A stretch of DNA of 64,000 nucleotides, taken from positions 262,523-326,522 of the forward strand of contig JAJZZX010000001.1 of assembly GCA_021797355.1 (NCBI GenBank), written 5' to 3'. Source of the stretch: Thermoplasmata archaeon. GTDB taxonomy: Archaea; Thermoplasmatota; Thermoplasmata; Thermoplasmatales; Thermoplasmataceae. The notes below the pieces were generated by a model. That model was not told the DNA's origin. It saw only the letters and a list, made by a program, of their open reading frames with translations, and did no database searches. The stretch's first letter is position 1. The number at the start of each line of letters is the position of its first letter. Below are positions 10,189 to 19,145 of this stretch, in pieces. A program made the translations under genes and the position numbers.

Positions 10189-11243
10189 CTGAACTAATGG
10201 AAGACGCTATCCGGCAGTTTAACATCTGCAACGCCTGCAGGTACTGTGAGGGATATTGCGCAGTATGGGATGCCATTGAAAGGCAGCCAAGCTTCTTAAC
10301 ATCCGATATGAAGTACTATTCAAATCTCTGCCACGATTGCAGGGAGTGCTACTACGTATGCCCTTATACAGACGATCATGAATTTAAACTGAATATCCCA
10401 AAGGTTCTTTCCGAGCTGAGGTTGGAAACATACAGTGAGAATATTTGGCCAAGATTTGCAAAGAAATTCCTTGATCATCCCATTGCTTCTTGGGGGACTG
10501 TGGCCAGCATCAGCATTATATTCACATTCGGTCTGGCGGTTTTTCTAAGCGGAGTGAAGTTTCTCGTTTCGCCATCCATGCTTTCTGAACAAATTATTCC
10601 CGATCCTTATTTCAAGGTGCTCAGCCTTCTTCTCTACGCCTATGTGATTATCATATGGTCCGTTGAGGGCATGAAATACTGGCACTCAATCAAGAAGCCA
10701 GGGAGGAAGATCACTTTGAGATATTTTCTGCTCGGCCTTAAGGATGCGTTTCAGCATAAGTACTTTGGAGGGGGCGGTGCCGGTTGCAATTATCCGGGTG
10801 AGAAGGGAACAACTACCAGGCTGGTTTTTCATGCAATGCTATTGGGAGGTTTTATCCTTGATCTGGCCACGATTCTGTTCTATCCAGATATGGGCAGAGT
10901 AATTGTATGGAGCTACACAGCAGGGGCAGCGGCTATGTTTCTTGGCTCATCATTCCTGCTGGCATTCAAACCATCATCAAACCAGTTGCTTATGGCTACT
11001 GCAATGAAGCAAAATGATTATCCTTTCACCACAGCCATGATGCTCACCGGCCTGACCGGGATATTGTTTCCGATAGTCAGTGGAACTCTATTATACTCTT
11101 ACTTCTTTCTCATTCACGTAGCCCTAATAGCTGCAATATTCCTAATGGCCCCATACAGCAAATTTTTGCACCCCGTATTCAGGGTTGTTTCTCTTGCAGC
11201 CAACCGCTCCGAGGCTGAGAGCTTCACCTTCGAGGGCTCCTGA
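10185..11243 (+). CDS. tcuB: TcuB-like membrane Fe-S protein (tricarballylate utilization protein B family)
   Basis: N-terminal Cys clusters CNACRYCEGYC and CHDCRECYYVCPY are followed by about 6 TM helices. It is translationally coupled to tcuA. Confidence 0.6.
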   Translation: MTELMEDAIRQFNICNACRYCEGYCAVWDAIERQPSFLTSDMKYYSNLCHDCRECYYVCPYTDDHEFKLNIPKVLSELRLETYSENIWPRFAKKFLDHPIASWGTVASISIIFTFGLAVFLSGVKFLVSPSMLSEQIIPDPYFKVLSLLLYAYVIIIWSVEGMKYWHSIKKPGRKITLRYFLLGLKDAFQHKYFGGGGAGCNYPGEKGTTTRLVFHAMLLGGFILDLATILFYPDMGRVIVWSYTAGAAAMFLGSSFLLAFKPSSNQLLMATAMKQNDYPFTTAMMLTGLTGILFPIVSGTLLYSYFFLIHVALIAAIFLMAPYSKFLHPVFRVVSLAANRSEAESFTFEGS

Positions 11244-11256
11244 GAAGAATGAAGAA

Positions 11257-11742
11257 TTATTTGCTCCTACCAAGTTTTTTGAGTGTGTATGGAACAATTC
11301 CCCCCTCATTCAGTATGTCGTTAAGTGCCCCCTGGGGTGGGCTGAATCTGGTAACAGTGCCCTTGGAAACATTCCTTATTTCACCACCGGCAACGTCGTA
11401 GGACACCAGATCGCCCTGGGCAATATCAGTTGATCCTATTATCGTGCCAATGGACAGCCCTACATTAACCGCATTTCTGAAGAACAGCCTAGCGAATCCC
11501 TTTGCCACTACCAGGGATATTCCCAACTCCATAAGCACAACTGGGGCCTGCTCCCTGGAAGATCCAGACCCGAAATTCTTGCCAGCAACAAGAATATCTC
11601 CCTTTTCTACCATCTTTGGGAAATCAGGAAAGATCGCCTCCATCGAGTGCATTTTTACCTGGTCAATACTCAAGTGCAGGTAGCCTCCTGGTGCGATCAC
11701 GTCCGTATCTATGTCGTCGCCAAAAACAAAGGCTTTTGGCAT
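11257..11742 (-). CDS. leuD: 3-isopropylmalate/(homo)aconitate-type hydro-lyase small subunit (LeuD-like)
   Basis: Aconitase swivel domain with ...DTDVIAPGGYL...GKNFGSGSSREQAP. Its ATG overlaps the leuC TGA. Confidence 0.8.
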   Translation of the reverse strand: MPKAFVFGDDIDTDVIAPGGYLHLSIDQVKMHSMEAIFPDFPKMVEKGDILVAGKNFGSGSSREQAPVVLMELGISLVVAKGFARLFFRNAVNVGLSIGTIIGSTDIAQGDLVSYDVAGGEIRNVSKGTVTRFSPPQGALNDILNEGGIVPYTLKKLGRSK

Positions 11743-12968
11743 CAGAACACCTCCGTAGGATCAACAATTTTTCCCTCTACTGCCGCAGCAGCTGCAACGT
11801 ATGAATTTGCCAGATATACCATGCTTCCCGGGTCACCCATCCTTCCTCTGAAATTTCGGTTTGTATTAGATATGCAGACCTCATCCCTGGCTAGAACACC
11901 CATGTGAAGGCCAGCGCAAGCACCGCAGGTCGGAGGGGACACAGTGCAGCCGGCATCGATGAATGTCTTAATCAGGCCGGCATCAAGCGCCCTTGCATAT
12001 ATTTTCCTCGTTGCGGGCACAATTATTGCAGTTACCCCTTCATGCACAGGATTCTTCCTAAATACTTCGGCAGCCTGCTGAAGATCAGAAAACGTTCCAT
12101 TAGAGCAGTTGCCAAGGTATACCTGATCCACCTTTGTTCCAGCGACATCCCTGACATCCTTCACATTCCCGGGTGAGTAGGGAACTGCAACAGACGGCCT
12201 TATTTCTGACATATTCAGGTCGAGTGAACTTCGGTAGACTGCATCCTCATCCCATATAATGCTGTCATAGGCATCTGTTCTTCTGTCAGGAGGGAGGATG
12301 CAAGTCTTTGCACCTGCTTCAACGGTCATGTTAGCAATTGCGAGCCGATCATCAAGCTGCAACCTGGTATCACTTGAGGGATGGAACTCCATAGACATGT
12401 AGTTTGCACCATCAACGCCTATTTTTGAAATTATATTCAGTATAACGTCCTTTCCGGTGGAGAATCTCGGAAGATTACCCGTCATATTTATGACCATAGT
12501 CTCTGGAACCATGAACCAGGTTGTTCCGCTTGCAAGCAGGCAAGCAAGGTCCGTGGAGCCAAGCCCAGCACCGAAAGCTCCGTTTGCGCCTGCTGTGACA
12601 GTGTGTGAGTCAGAACCGACAACGAACATTCCAGGCTCTATTGCGCCCCTCTCAATGAGAAGGGTATGTTCAATACCCTCTCCCATTGGTATACTTTCAA
12701 TATTGTTCCCACTGGCAAATCCTAGCATGTTGCGGATATTATTGGCGCTAGCTGAATCCTTTGGCGGAAAGATGTGATCATATACAAATATTACTTTACC
12801 TGTATAATTTATCTTGGGGTTTCCCAGTTTTTTGTATGAAGATAGCATCATTGGTCCAAGAACGTCGTGAACATAGACAAGATCGGGAGCTGCCCAGATA
12901 AAATCTCCAGCCTTTACGCCATGACCTGCAAGCCTAGAAAATAATTTTTCGATGGAGGTTTTTCCCAT
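11742..12968 (-). CDS. leuC: 3-isopropylmalate/(homo)aconitate-type hydro-lyase large subunit (LeuC-like)
   Basis: Aconitase family catalytic domain with three-Cys 4Fe-4S ligands (…GNCSNGTFSD…, …PTCGACAG…). The N-terminus MGKTSIEKL is typical of LeuC/HacA. The ATG is at 12968; the track start at 12977 is GTG. Confidence 0.8.
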   Translation of the reverse strand: MGKTSIEKLFSRLAGHGVKAGDFIWAAPDLVYVHDVLGPMMLSSYKKLGNPKINYTGKVIFVYDHIFPPKDSASANNIRNMLGFASGNNIESIPMGEGIEHTLLIERGAIEPGMFVVGSDSHTVTAGANGAFGAGLGSTDLACLLASGTTWFMVPETMVINMTGNLPRFSTGKDVILNIISKIGVDGANYMSMEFHPSSDTRLQLDDRLAIANMTVEAGAKTCILPPDRRTDAYDSIIWDEDAVYRSSLDLNMSEIRPSVAVPYSPGNVKDVRDVAGTKVDQVYLGNCSNGTFSDLQQAAEVFRKNPVHEGVTAIIVPATRKIYARALDAGLIKTFIDAGCTVSPPTCGACAGLHMGVLARDEVCISNTNRNFRGRMGDPGSMVYLANSYVAAAAAVEGKIVDPTEVF

Positions 12969-13004
12969 TACAGCCACTTATGAGTAATTGCAAAAGATGA
13001 TTAT

Positions 13005-13628
13005 ATGTTCTTGCCGGGGATCATTCCGTTGGCACTATTATTACCAGGAATAATAAATATATCAGTGGATGTATCGAAATGGTTATATTGCAGTATCATC
13101 ATGAGTATTGTTATCATGGGAACAGTTGAAAAAAAGAGGACGGCCACCATATCCGGCAAGTCGTTTGATGAGGTAAGGAATCAGCTCCTGAGGAGAACAA
13201 TCAGGCTAAAGGAGAGGATGTCAGAGCGATACGATGAGCTTTACCGGAAATCTTTAATGGACAATGTCCGTAATTTGCTTCTTGAGCTCAAGGCAAAGGA
13301 GGAGGAGGACACCAGAACAATCAGAAAAGCCTTGGAAACAGGAGCTTTCCGTGCGGATGGAAATCAGGCAGCACGCACTGATTACGGAATTCTGGATCAT
13401 ATAATTACTGAGGACATGGCAGAGCCTGATCCAAATGATTTAGGCAGCGTTTTGCTTTCAGCCATAAAGATGTCAAACGATCTCCAGAAGATCCTGTCGA
13501 TCATGTCGGAGGAATATCACGGCCCAGCGTCTGGAAACATATTCAGGAAACTTGCCGAACACGAGACAGAGAACAAGAACAGACTCTCTGAACTTTATGA
13601 CGATATAATAAACAAGGATTATTGGTGA
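13005..13628 (+). CDS. hypothetical protein, possible ferritin-like/rubrerythrin-like four-helix fold
   Basis: Long predicted helices with E...ExxH-like pairs (MSEEYHG, LAEHETENKNRL). The N-terminal 35 aa are hydrophobic, so the true start may be at M 13098 or 13113. This is a weak assignment. Confidence 0.3.
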   Translation: MFLPGIIPLALLLPGIINISVDVSKWLYCSIIMSIVIMGTVEKKRTATISGKSFDEVRNQLLRRTIRLKERMSERYDELYRKSLMDNVRNLLLELKAKEEEDTRTIRKALETGAFRADGNQAARTDYGILDHIITEDMAEPDPNDLGSVLLSAIKMSNDLQKILSIMSEEYHGPASGNIFRKLAEHETENKNRLSELYDDIINKDYW

Positions 13629-13646
13629 CATTCCGATTATCATGGG

Positions 13647-13970
13647 ATGATCACACAAGTTGGTTCTTCAGCCATCAGAGAAATGATTGAGCAGGGGACT
13701 ACATTCCTTGTGGAGGTGAGTGCAGGCTGGTGCCATCCGTGCAGGATTCTTGAGAAGTTCCTTTTCCCATTGAGCAATGAATTTCCGGAGTTTCCCTTCT
13801 ACAAGGTTGATTATGACGCTAATACTGACATATTTGAGATTCTGGAGATTGGCACAGTGCCATACATTGTCATCTTCAGGGAAGGAAAAGCTGCCGTGAG
13901 GATAAGGGGCCTCACATCAGAGAACAGTATCAGGGAGGCACTGTCTGAAATTTTGAAAAATTCCCTTTAA
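13647..13970 (+). CDS. trx: thioredoxin
   Basis: WCHPC active site (CxxC) in a thioredoxin fold of about 107 aa. Confidence 0.75.
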   Translation: MITQVGSSAIREMIEQGTTFLVEVSAGWCHPCRILEKFLFPLSNEFPEFPFYKVDYDANTDIFEILEIGTVPYIVIFREGKAAVRIRGLTSENSIREALSEILKNSL

Positions 13971-14027
13971 TGTGTGCAGCCCGTTATCCCTTGAAAAGTT
14001 TTTAATTCGGTTAAGCCTTAATGTATC

Positions 14028-15746
14028 GTGTCATCGAATACTAATTTCTATTCAAAGAAACTTGATGAGATAAGGGACCAAACTCCACGCACTAACAGTG
14101 AATACGATTCTTGGAGGAAGAGGACCCTTCAGGAATGGAACCAGAAAACCGGTTACAGGGACAGGGAATATATAAACTCGTCTGGGATTGAGCTCAAAGA
14201 AGTATATACTCCAGAAGATATTCCTCAAGATACTGAATCAAGGCTACTGGGCATGCCAGGGGAATATCCCTTCACCAGGGGAGTTTATCCAAACATGTAC
14301 AGAGGAAAGCTCTGGACAATGAGGATGTTCTCAGGTTTCGGTACACCTGAGGATACAAACCGTAGACTCAAATATCTCATTCAGCACGGAGAATCCGGCC
14401 TGAGCATAGCATTTGACATGCCAACCCTGTATGGGTTCGACTGCGACAATCCCAGATCGGACGGTGAAATTGGCAAATGTGGGGTCAACGTCACCTCACT
14501 GAAGGACATGGAGGTAATATTCAGGGGAATTGACCTGAGCAAGGTAAGCACATCAATGACCATAAATGCGCCGGCAGCAATTCTCACTGCCATGTACATA
14601 GCTGTTGGGAAGAAGAAAAAAATACCCATATCCGACCTAGCTGGTACGGTCCAGGCAGATATACTGAAGGAATATATTGCGCAGAAGGAATGGATATATC
14701 CTCCAGAGGCCCATCTTCGCCTCATCAGGGACATGATGACTTACTGCACTGAAAACATGCCTAAATGGAACTACATAAGCATATCCGGCTACCACATAAG
14801 AGAAGCAGGCTCCAGTGCTGTTCAGGAACTTGCATTTACCTTGGCTGATGGCTTCTACTACGTGGACATGGGCATAAAGGCCGGCCTTGATGTTGACGAA
14901 TTTGCGCCAAGACTGTCGTTTTTCTTTAATTCATCCATAAATTTCTTTGAGGAGATCGCAAAGATGAGGGCTGCCAGAAGAATATGGGCAACAGTGCTCA
15001 AGGAAAAGTTCGGGGCAAAAAAGCCAAGGACTCTCCTGCTTAGGTTCCATACACAGACCTCAGGGTATACCCTGACATGGCAGCAGCCGCTGAACAACAT
15101 AATCAGGACAACAATTGAGGCCATGGCAGCTGTTCTAGGCGGCACCCAGAGCCTCCACACAAATTCCTACGACGAGGCCTGGGCGTTGCCATCCGAGGAA
15201 GCAGTAAAAATTGCCCTTAGGACCCAGCAGATTATAGCCGAGGAGACTGGTGTGCCAGACGTTATTGATCCGCTGGGCGGATCCTATTATGTTGAATGGC
15301 TCACCAACCGGATGGAGGAGGAAGCATACCGGTATTTTGATGAAATAGAGAGAATGGGCGGCATACTTGATGCCGTGAAGGCTGGCTACATTCAGAAGGA
15401 GATCGCTGCCACGTCCTACAGAAGACAGATAAGGCTCGAGGAAGGCAAGGAGATTATGGTTGGCGTAAACAAGTATACTGAAAAGGAAGATCAGCCCATA
15501 AACATCCTGAAGATAAGCAAGGCAGCACAGAAGCAGCAACTTGAGAGGATCAGGAACGTGAAGAAGACACGGGATCAGCTGAAGGTTGACAGGGCATTGC
15601 AGGAACTTGAGGACGCAATGAGAAAGGATGACGTTAACACCATGCCTTTCATATTGAAAGCAGTTGAGGCATATGCAACTATAGAGGAGATATCAAATGT
15701 CGGAAGAAAGGTCTTCGGAACATGGAAAGAACCAGTTATCGTTTAA
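14028..15746 (+). CDS. mcmA1: methylmalonyl-CoA mutase large (catalytic, N-terminal) subunit
   Basis: MCM TIM-barrel domain of about 570 aa, with ...FSGFGTPEDTNRRLKYLIQHGESGLSIAFDMPTLYGFD.. It has no B12 domain. Start is GTG at 14028. Confidence 0.9.
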   Translation: MSSNTNFYSKKLDEIRDQTPRTNSEYDSWRKRTLQEWNQKTGYRDREYINSSGIELKEVYTPEDIPQDTESRLLGMPGEYPFTRGVYPNMYRGKLWTMRMFSGFGTPEDTNRRLKYLIQHGESGLSIAFDMPTLYGFDCDNPRSDGEIGKCGVNVTSLKDMEVIFRGIDLSKVSTSMTINAPAAILTAMYIAVGKKKKIPISDLAGTVQADILKEYIAQKEWIYPPEAHLRLIRDMMTYCTENMPKWNYISISGYHIREAGSSAVQELAFTLADGFYYVDMGIKAGLDVDEFAPRLSFFFNSSINFFEEIAKMRAARRIWATVLKEKFGAKKPRTLLLRFHTQTSGYTLTWQQPLNNIIRTTIEAMAAVLGGTQSLHTNSYDEAWALPSEEAVKIALRTQQIIAEETGVPDVIDPLGGSYYVEWLTNRMEEEAYRYFDEIERMGGILDAVKAGYIQKEIAATSYRRQIRLEEGKEIMVGVNKYTEKEDQPINILKISKAAQKQQLERIRNVKKTRDQLKVDRALQELEDAMRKDDVNTMPFILKAVEAYATIEEISNVGRKVFGTWKEPVIV

Positions 15747-16167
15747 GGATAGGCCAATAAAGATATTACTGGCAAAACCCGGTATTGATGGGCATGATAG
15801 GGGAATACTTGTGCTGGCAAAGGCATTCAGAGATGCTGGAATGGAAGTCATCTATGCGGGGTTGCTCCCTACCCCTGAGCAGGTAGTCGAGACCGCAATA
15901 AACGAGGACGTGGACGTGGTGGCTCTCAGCCTTCTTAACGGAGCGCACATGACAGTTTTCAAGAAAGTGGCTGATCTTATGAAGGAAAGGGGAGTTAATG
16001 ATATTGCCATTGTTGGAGGCGGCACCATCCCCGATGCTGACAAACCCAAGCTGGAAAAACTCGGCATTTCAGGAAATTATGGGCCCGGAACCCCCATATC
16101 AGTGATCATAGATCACGTTACCAAAAGGGCAATGGAGGCTAGGAAACTCAAGGAATCCGGTCAGTGA
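15697..16167 (+). CDS. mcmA2: methylmalonyl-CoA mutase small (B12-binding) subunit
   Basis: RPIKILLAKPGIDGHDRGILVLAKAFRDAGMEVIYAGL contains the DxHxxG cobalamin-binding motif. The ATG at 15697 overlaps the end of mcmA1 by 50 nt. Confidence 0.85.
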   Translation: MSEERSSEHGKNQLSFKDRPIKILLAKPGIDGHDRGILVLAKAFRDAGMEVIYAGLLPTPEQVVETAINEDVDVVALSLLNGAHMTVFKKVADLMKERGVNDIAIVGGGTIPDADKPKLEKLGISGNYGPGTPISVIIDHVTKRAMEARKLKESGQ

Positions 16168-16172
16168 ATCAA

Positions 16173-17108
16173 ATGCTTGACAAGATCATCGAAGGCATAT
16201 ACAGGGGGGATCACAGGTCCATATCCAGAGCAATATCAATAGTGGAGAATGAGGGAGACTCTGAAAATACCAGGAACCTCATTCGCCAGATTTATCAGAG
16301 GACCGGCAATGCCCACATAGTAGGTATAACAGGCCCTCCTGGCATCGGTAAGAGCACCATGATAGGAAATATATGTGCGCTACTCTCAGAGAGAGGGAAA
16401 AAAGTCTCGGTTGTTGCAATTGACGCTTCAAGCCCATTCACGGGCGGATCCCTCCTGGGAAACAGGATAAGGATGCAGGAATCCCTTACAAAATACGGTG
16501 TCTATATGAGGAGTCTCGCGAACCGTGGGATTAATGGCGGGCTGTCCCGGTCCATATGGGATACTGTAAAGATACTTGATGCAGCAGGGTCAGACTTCAT
16601 CATCGTGGAAACGGTGGGTGCTGGCCAGGCCGATCTTGACGTCATAAACCTGGCCGATACGGTCATAGTTGTGCTGGGACCAGGGCTGGGGGACGAGATT
16701 CAAGCCATTAAAGCAGGCATAATGGAAATAGGCCATGTTTTTGTCATAAACAAGATGGATAGGCAGGGTGCATATATTGCAATGAAGGACATAGAGGAAA
16801 CCCTCGCAATGATGCCAAGGGGGGAATGGAAACCGCCTGTTGTTGGCATAAATTCCCTTACCAGGGAAGGATATGATACCCTCATTGAAAGCATATGCAA
16901 GCACAGGTCGTTCTGCGAAACAAACAGGGAGGCCCGCCTCAGAAAGTTCAGGACAGAGCTTCAGATGCATATTGATGATGAGTTGAGGAGAAAATTCCAG
17001 AAAGATATCAATGGCGTACTGAAGGATGAAGGGAGGCTGGAGGAATATCTTTTGAGAAGAATAGATCCCTACTCGGCCGCAGAAGAAATTGTTGAGGAGA
17101 TCGCCTGA
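16173..17108 (+). CDS. meaB: methylmalonyl-CoA mutase-associated GTPase MeaB/ArgK
   Basis: P-loop GITGPPGIGKST plus the G3/G4 motifs of the ArgK family. The ATG is at 16173; an in-frame GTG at 16164 overlaps the mcmA2 stop. Confidence 0.85.
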   Translation: MLDKIIEGIYRGDHRSISRAISIVENEGDSENTRNLIRQIYQRTGNAHIVGITGPPGIGKSTMIGNICALLSERGKKVSVVAIDASSPFTGGSLLGNRIRMQESLTKYGVYMRSLANRGINGGLSRSIWDTVKILDAAGSDFIIVETVGAGQADLDVINLADTVIVVLGPGLGDEIQAIKAGIMEIGHVFVINKMDRQGAYIAMKDIEETLAMMPRGEWKPPVVGINSLTREGYDTLIESICKHRSFCETNREARLRKFRTELQMHIDDELRRKFQKDINGVLKDEGRLEEYLLRRIDPYSAAEEIVEEIA

Positions 17109-17168
17109 AATTTGCAGCTGAAGATAGTCAATCTTTAAATATCCTGTATTCATTTTTAGTTGATAATT

Positions 17169-17549
17169 ATGTATAACCCACTGAAATATTTCACAGGGGA
17201 AGTTGCAAAGAACCTTTCAGACAGGGCGAAGGAAATAATGACCTTCCTCTATCCTCCAGTGACAATGTACGAAGAATCGGGCGAGATAGTCGTCGAAGCT
17301 GATCTTCCGGGTTTTGACAAGAAAGACATAACAGTGAGGCTTGAAAAGGACTCGCTAACAATTTCCGCTGAGCGTGAAATTACCACTAAGGGCGTTGTTT
17401 ACCTTGACCAGAGGCCTGAGAAATTCATGAAGAGAATCAGGCTTCCAGTGGAGGTAGATCAGGACGTGGACTACACTGCAAAGTATACCAACGGGGTCCT
17501 GGTGGTGAAAATCCCGGCGAAGGGAGTTAAGACCATAAAGGTCGAATAA
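17169..17549 (+). CDS. hsp20: small heat shock protein Hsp20 (alpha-crystallin domain)
   Basis: ...VTMYEESGEIVVEADLPGFDKKDITV...GVLVVKIPA. The ATG is at 17169; the track start at 17160 is TTG. Confidence 0.85.
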   Translation: MYNPLKYFTGEVAKNLSDRAKEIMTFLYPPVTMYEESGEIVVEADLPGFDKKDITVRLEKDSLTISAEREITTKGVVYLDQRPEKFMKRIRLPVEVDQDVDYTAKYTNGVLVVKIPAKGVKTIKVE

Positions 17550-17553
17550 ACAC

Positions 17554-19122
17554 CTACTTTTTTATCAGCACAACTGCAAATCCCACAAGATCAGCTATTA
17601 TTGCGACGTAAGATTCCAGGGGCCGTGATGGAAGGAGGATTACAGAGGCTATTAGTGCCGACCCCAGAAATATGGAGGCCGGCAATTTTCTGTCCCTCTT
17701 CTGCAGCGGCTGGCCATCTGCCTCTTCAAGCCTTCTTTTAAGCAGAGGCAGTGCATCAATGCCTTTCTCTATGGACACAATGGTCTTCCTGACAAAATCC
17801 TGCAGTTGCCTGCGGTAGAGTTCGTCCAAAAGGCCTTCTCGGTAAAGAAGCTCTCTGAGTATCTTTACAAACTTGAAGTCAGGATCAAGCTGGAGGCACA
17901 CCCCTTCAAGCAGTGATGACATCCGCATGTAAAGGACAAGGGATCGTGGAAGGCGGAATGGGAACTCAAAAATGACGTTATTTGCTATCTCGAAAAGCTC
18001 CCTGACTTCGGATTCATCCGGGCTCTTCCCATAGAAATTAGCTATGGCCAGCTCCATGCTTTTTCTCATTATGGCCCTGTTTGCTGCCGGGGAAAGGGCA
18101 CCCATGGCTATGAGTGCATCCATTATGGCATCAGGATCGGTGTTAACCAGGCCGTCATAAAGGGCAAGGAGTGAAAATCTTGTTTTGCTGTCAAGCGTAC
18201 CCACCATGCCGAAATCGTAGAGGATTATTTCACCTTCAGGCGTTACCGAAATATTTCCAGGATGAGGATCGGCGTGGAATATGTCATCCCTTAGAAGCAT
18301 CCTCATGAATAGGAGATCAATGCGCCAGGCCAGGTTCTTTAGGTCTATTTTCGCCTCCCGCAGCTTCTGCACGTCAGTTACCTTGATACCGTTCTTGAAC
18401 TCAAGTGTCAGCACTTCCTTGCTGCTCATTTCCCATATTATTTCAGGGATGACAACTTTCTCCCTACCTCCAAGGTTCTTCCTGATACGCTCGGCGTTTG
18501 AAGCCTCCTTCCTGTAGTCTATCTCATCATATATCCTTGAGTTAAAGTCATTGATCACATTCGTGACGCTTATGTAAAGGAAATTTTCTATCCTTCCTCT
18601 GGCAAGACTCAGCAGCCTGTTAATGACATAAAGGTCCCGCCTGAGGATAAATTCCACATTCGGCCTATTTACCTTTACTGCGACCTCCCTTCCCATGTAC
18701 TTGGCGCGATAGACTTGCCCCAGGGAAGCCCCCGACACTGCATTCCGGTCAAATTCCTGGAAGGCAGTTTCAAAATTTTGGATATTTCTCCTTAGTATGG
18801 GTTCCACCTCATCAAAAGGGGCCGGGGGAACCTCGTCCTGGAGTTTTTCGAAGGACTTTATGTATTCTCTGGGAAGAAGATCCGGCCGGGCTGAAAGAAC
18901 CTGGCCAAGCTTGATGAAAGTTGGGCCCAGTGAGATGAAGGCTTCTACAGCTCTCTTTCCGTTCCTCTCCCTCCTGTAGCTCCAGGTTGATTCTTCCTCT
19001 TTCTTGGCCTCATCACGATCATGCAGGTATCTCCTGAAAACAGGAAAAAGCCTTATGAAAACCCTTATTTCCGCTCTCCTGGCTCCCCTGAGAATATCTT
19101 CTTCAGCCATCCTTACACTCAT
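17554..19122 (-). CDS. ABC1/UbiB-family atypical kinase
   Basis: Contains ...GASLGQVYRAKYMGREVAVKV... and the catalytic FHADPHPGN. It ends in a C-terminal TM segment. Confidence 0.8.
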   Translation of the reverse strand: MSVRMAEEDILRGARRAEIRVFIRLFPVFRRYLHDRDEAKKEEESTWSYRRERNGKRAVEAFISLGPTFIKLGQVLSARPDLLPREYIKSFEKLQDEVPPAPFDEVEPILRRNIQNFETAFQEFDRNAVSGASLGQVYRAKYMGREVAVKVNRPNVEFILRRDLYVINRLLSLARGRIENFLYISVTNVINDFNSRIYDEIDYRKEASNAERIRKNLGGREKVVIPEIIWEMSSKEVLTLEFKNGIKVTDVQKLREAKIDLKNLAWRIDLLFMRMLLRDDIFHADPHPGNISVTPEGEIILYDFGMVGTLDSKTRFSLLALYDGLVNTDPDAIMDALIAMGALSPAANRAIMRKSMELAIANFYGKSPDESEVRELFEIANNVIFEFPFRLPRSLVLYMRMSSLLEGVCLQLDPDFKFVKILRELLYREGLLDELYRRQLQDFVRKTIVSIEKGIDALPLLKRRLEEADGQPLQKRDRKLPASIFLGSALIASVILLPSRPLESYVAIIADLVGFAVVLIKK

Positions 19123-19145
19123 CGGCTCTAATGATTAATAGGTTT

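Noticed and set aside
16590-17153. 187-aa minus-strand ORF
   Set aside because: It is antisense to meaB, which has a clear P-loop, and no motifs were recognised.
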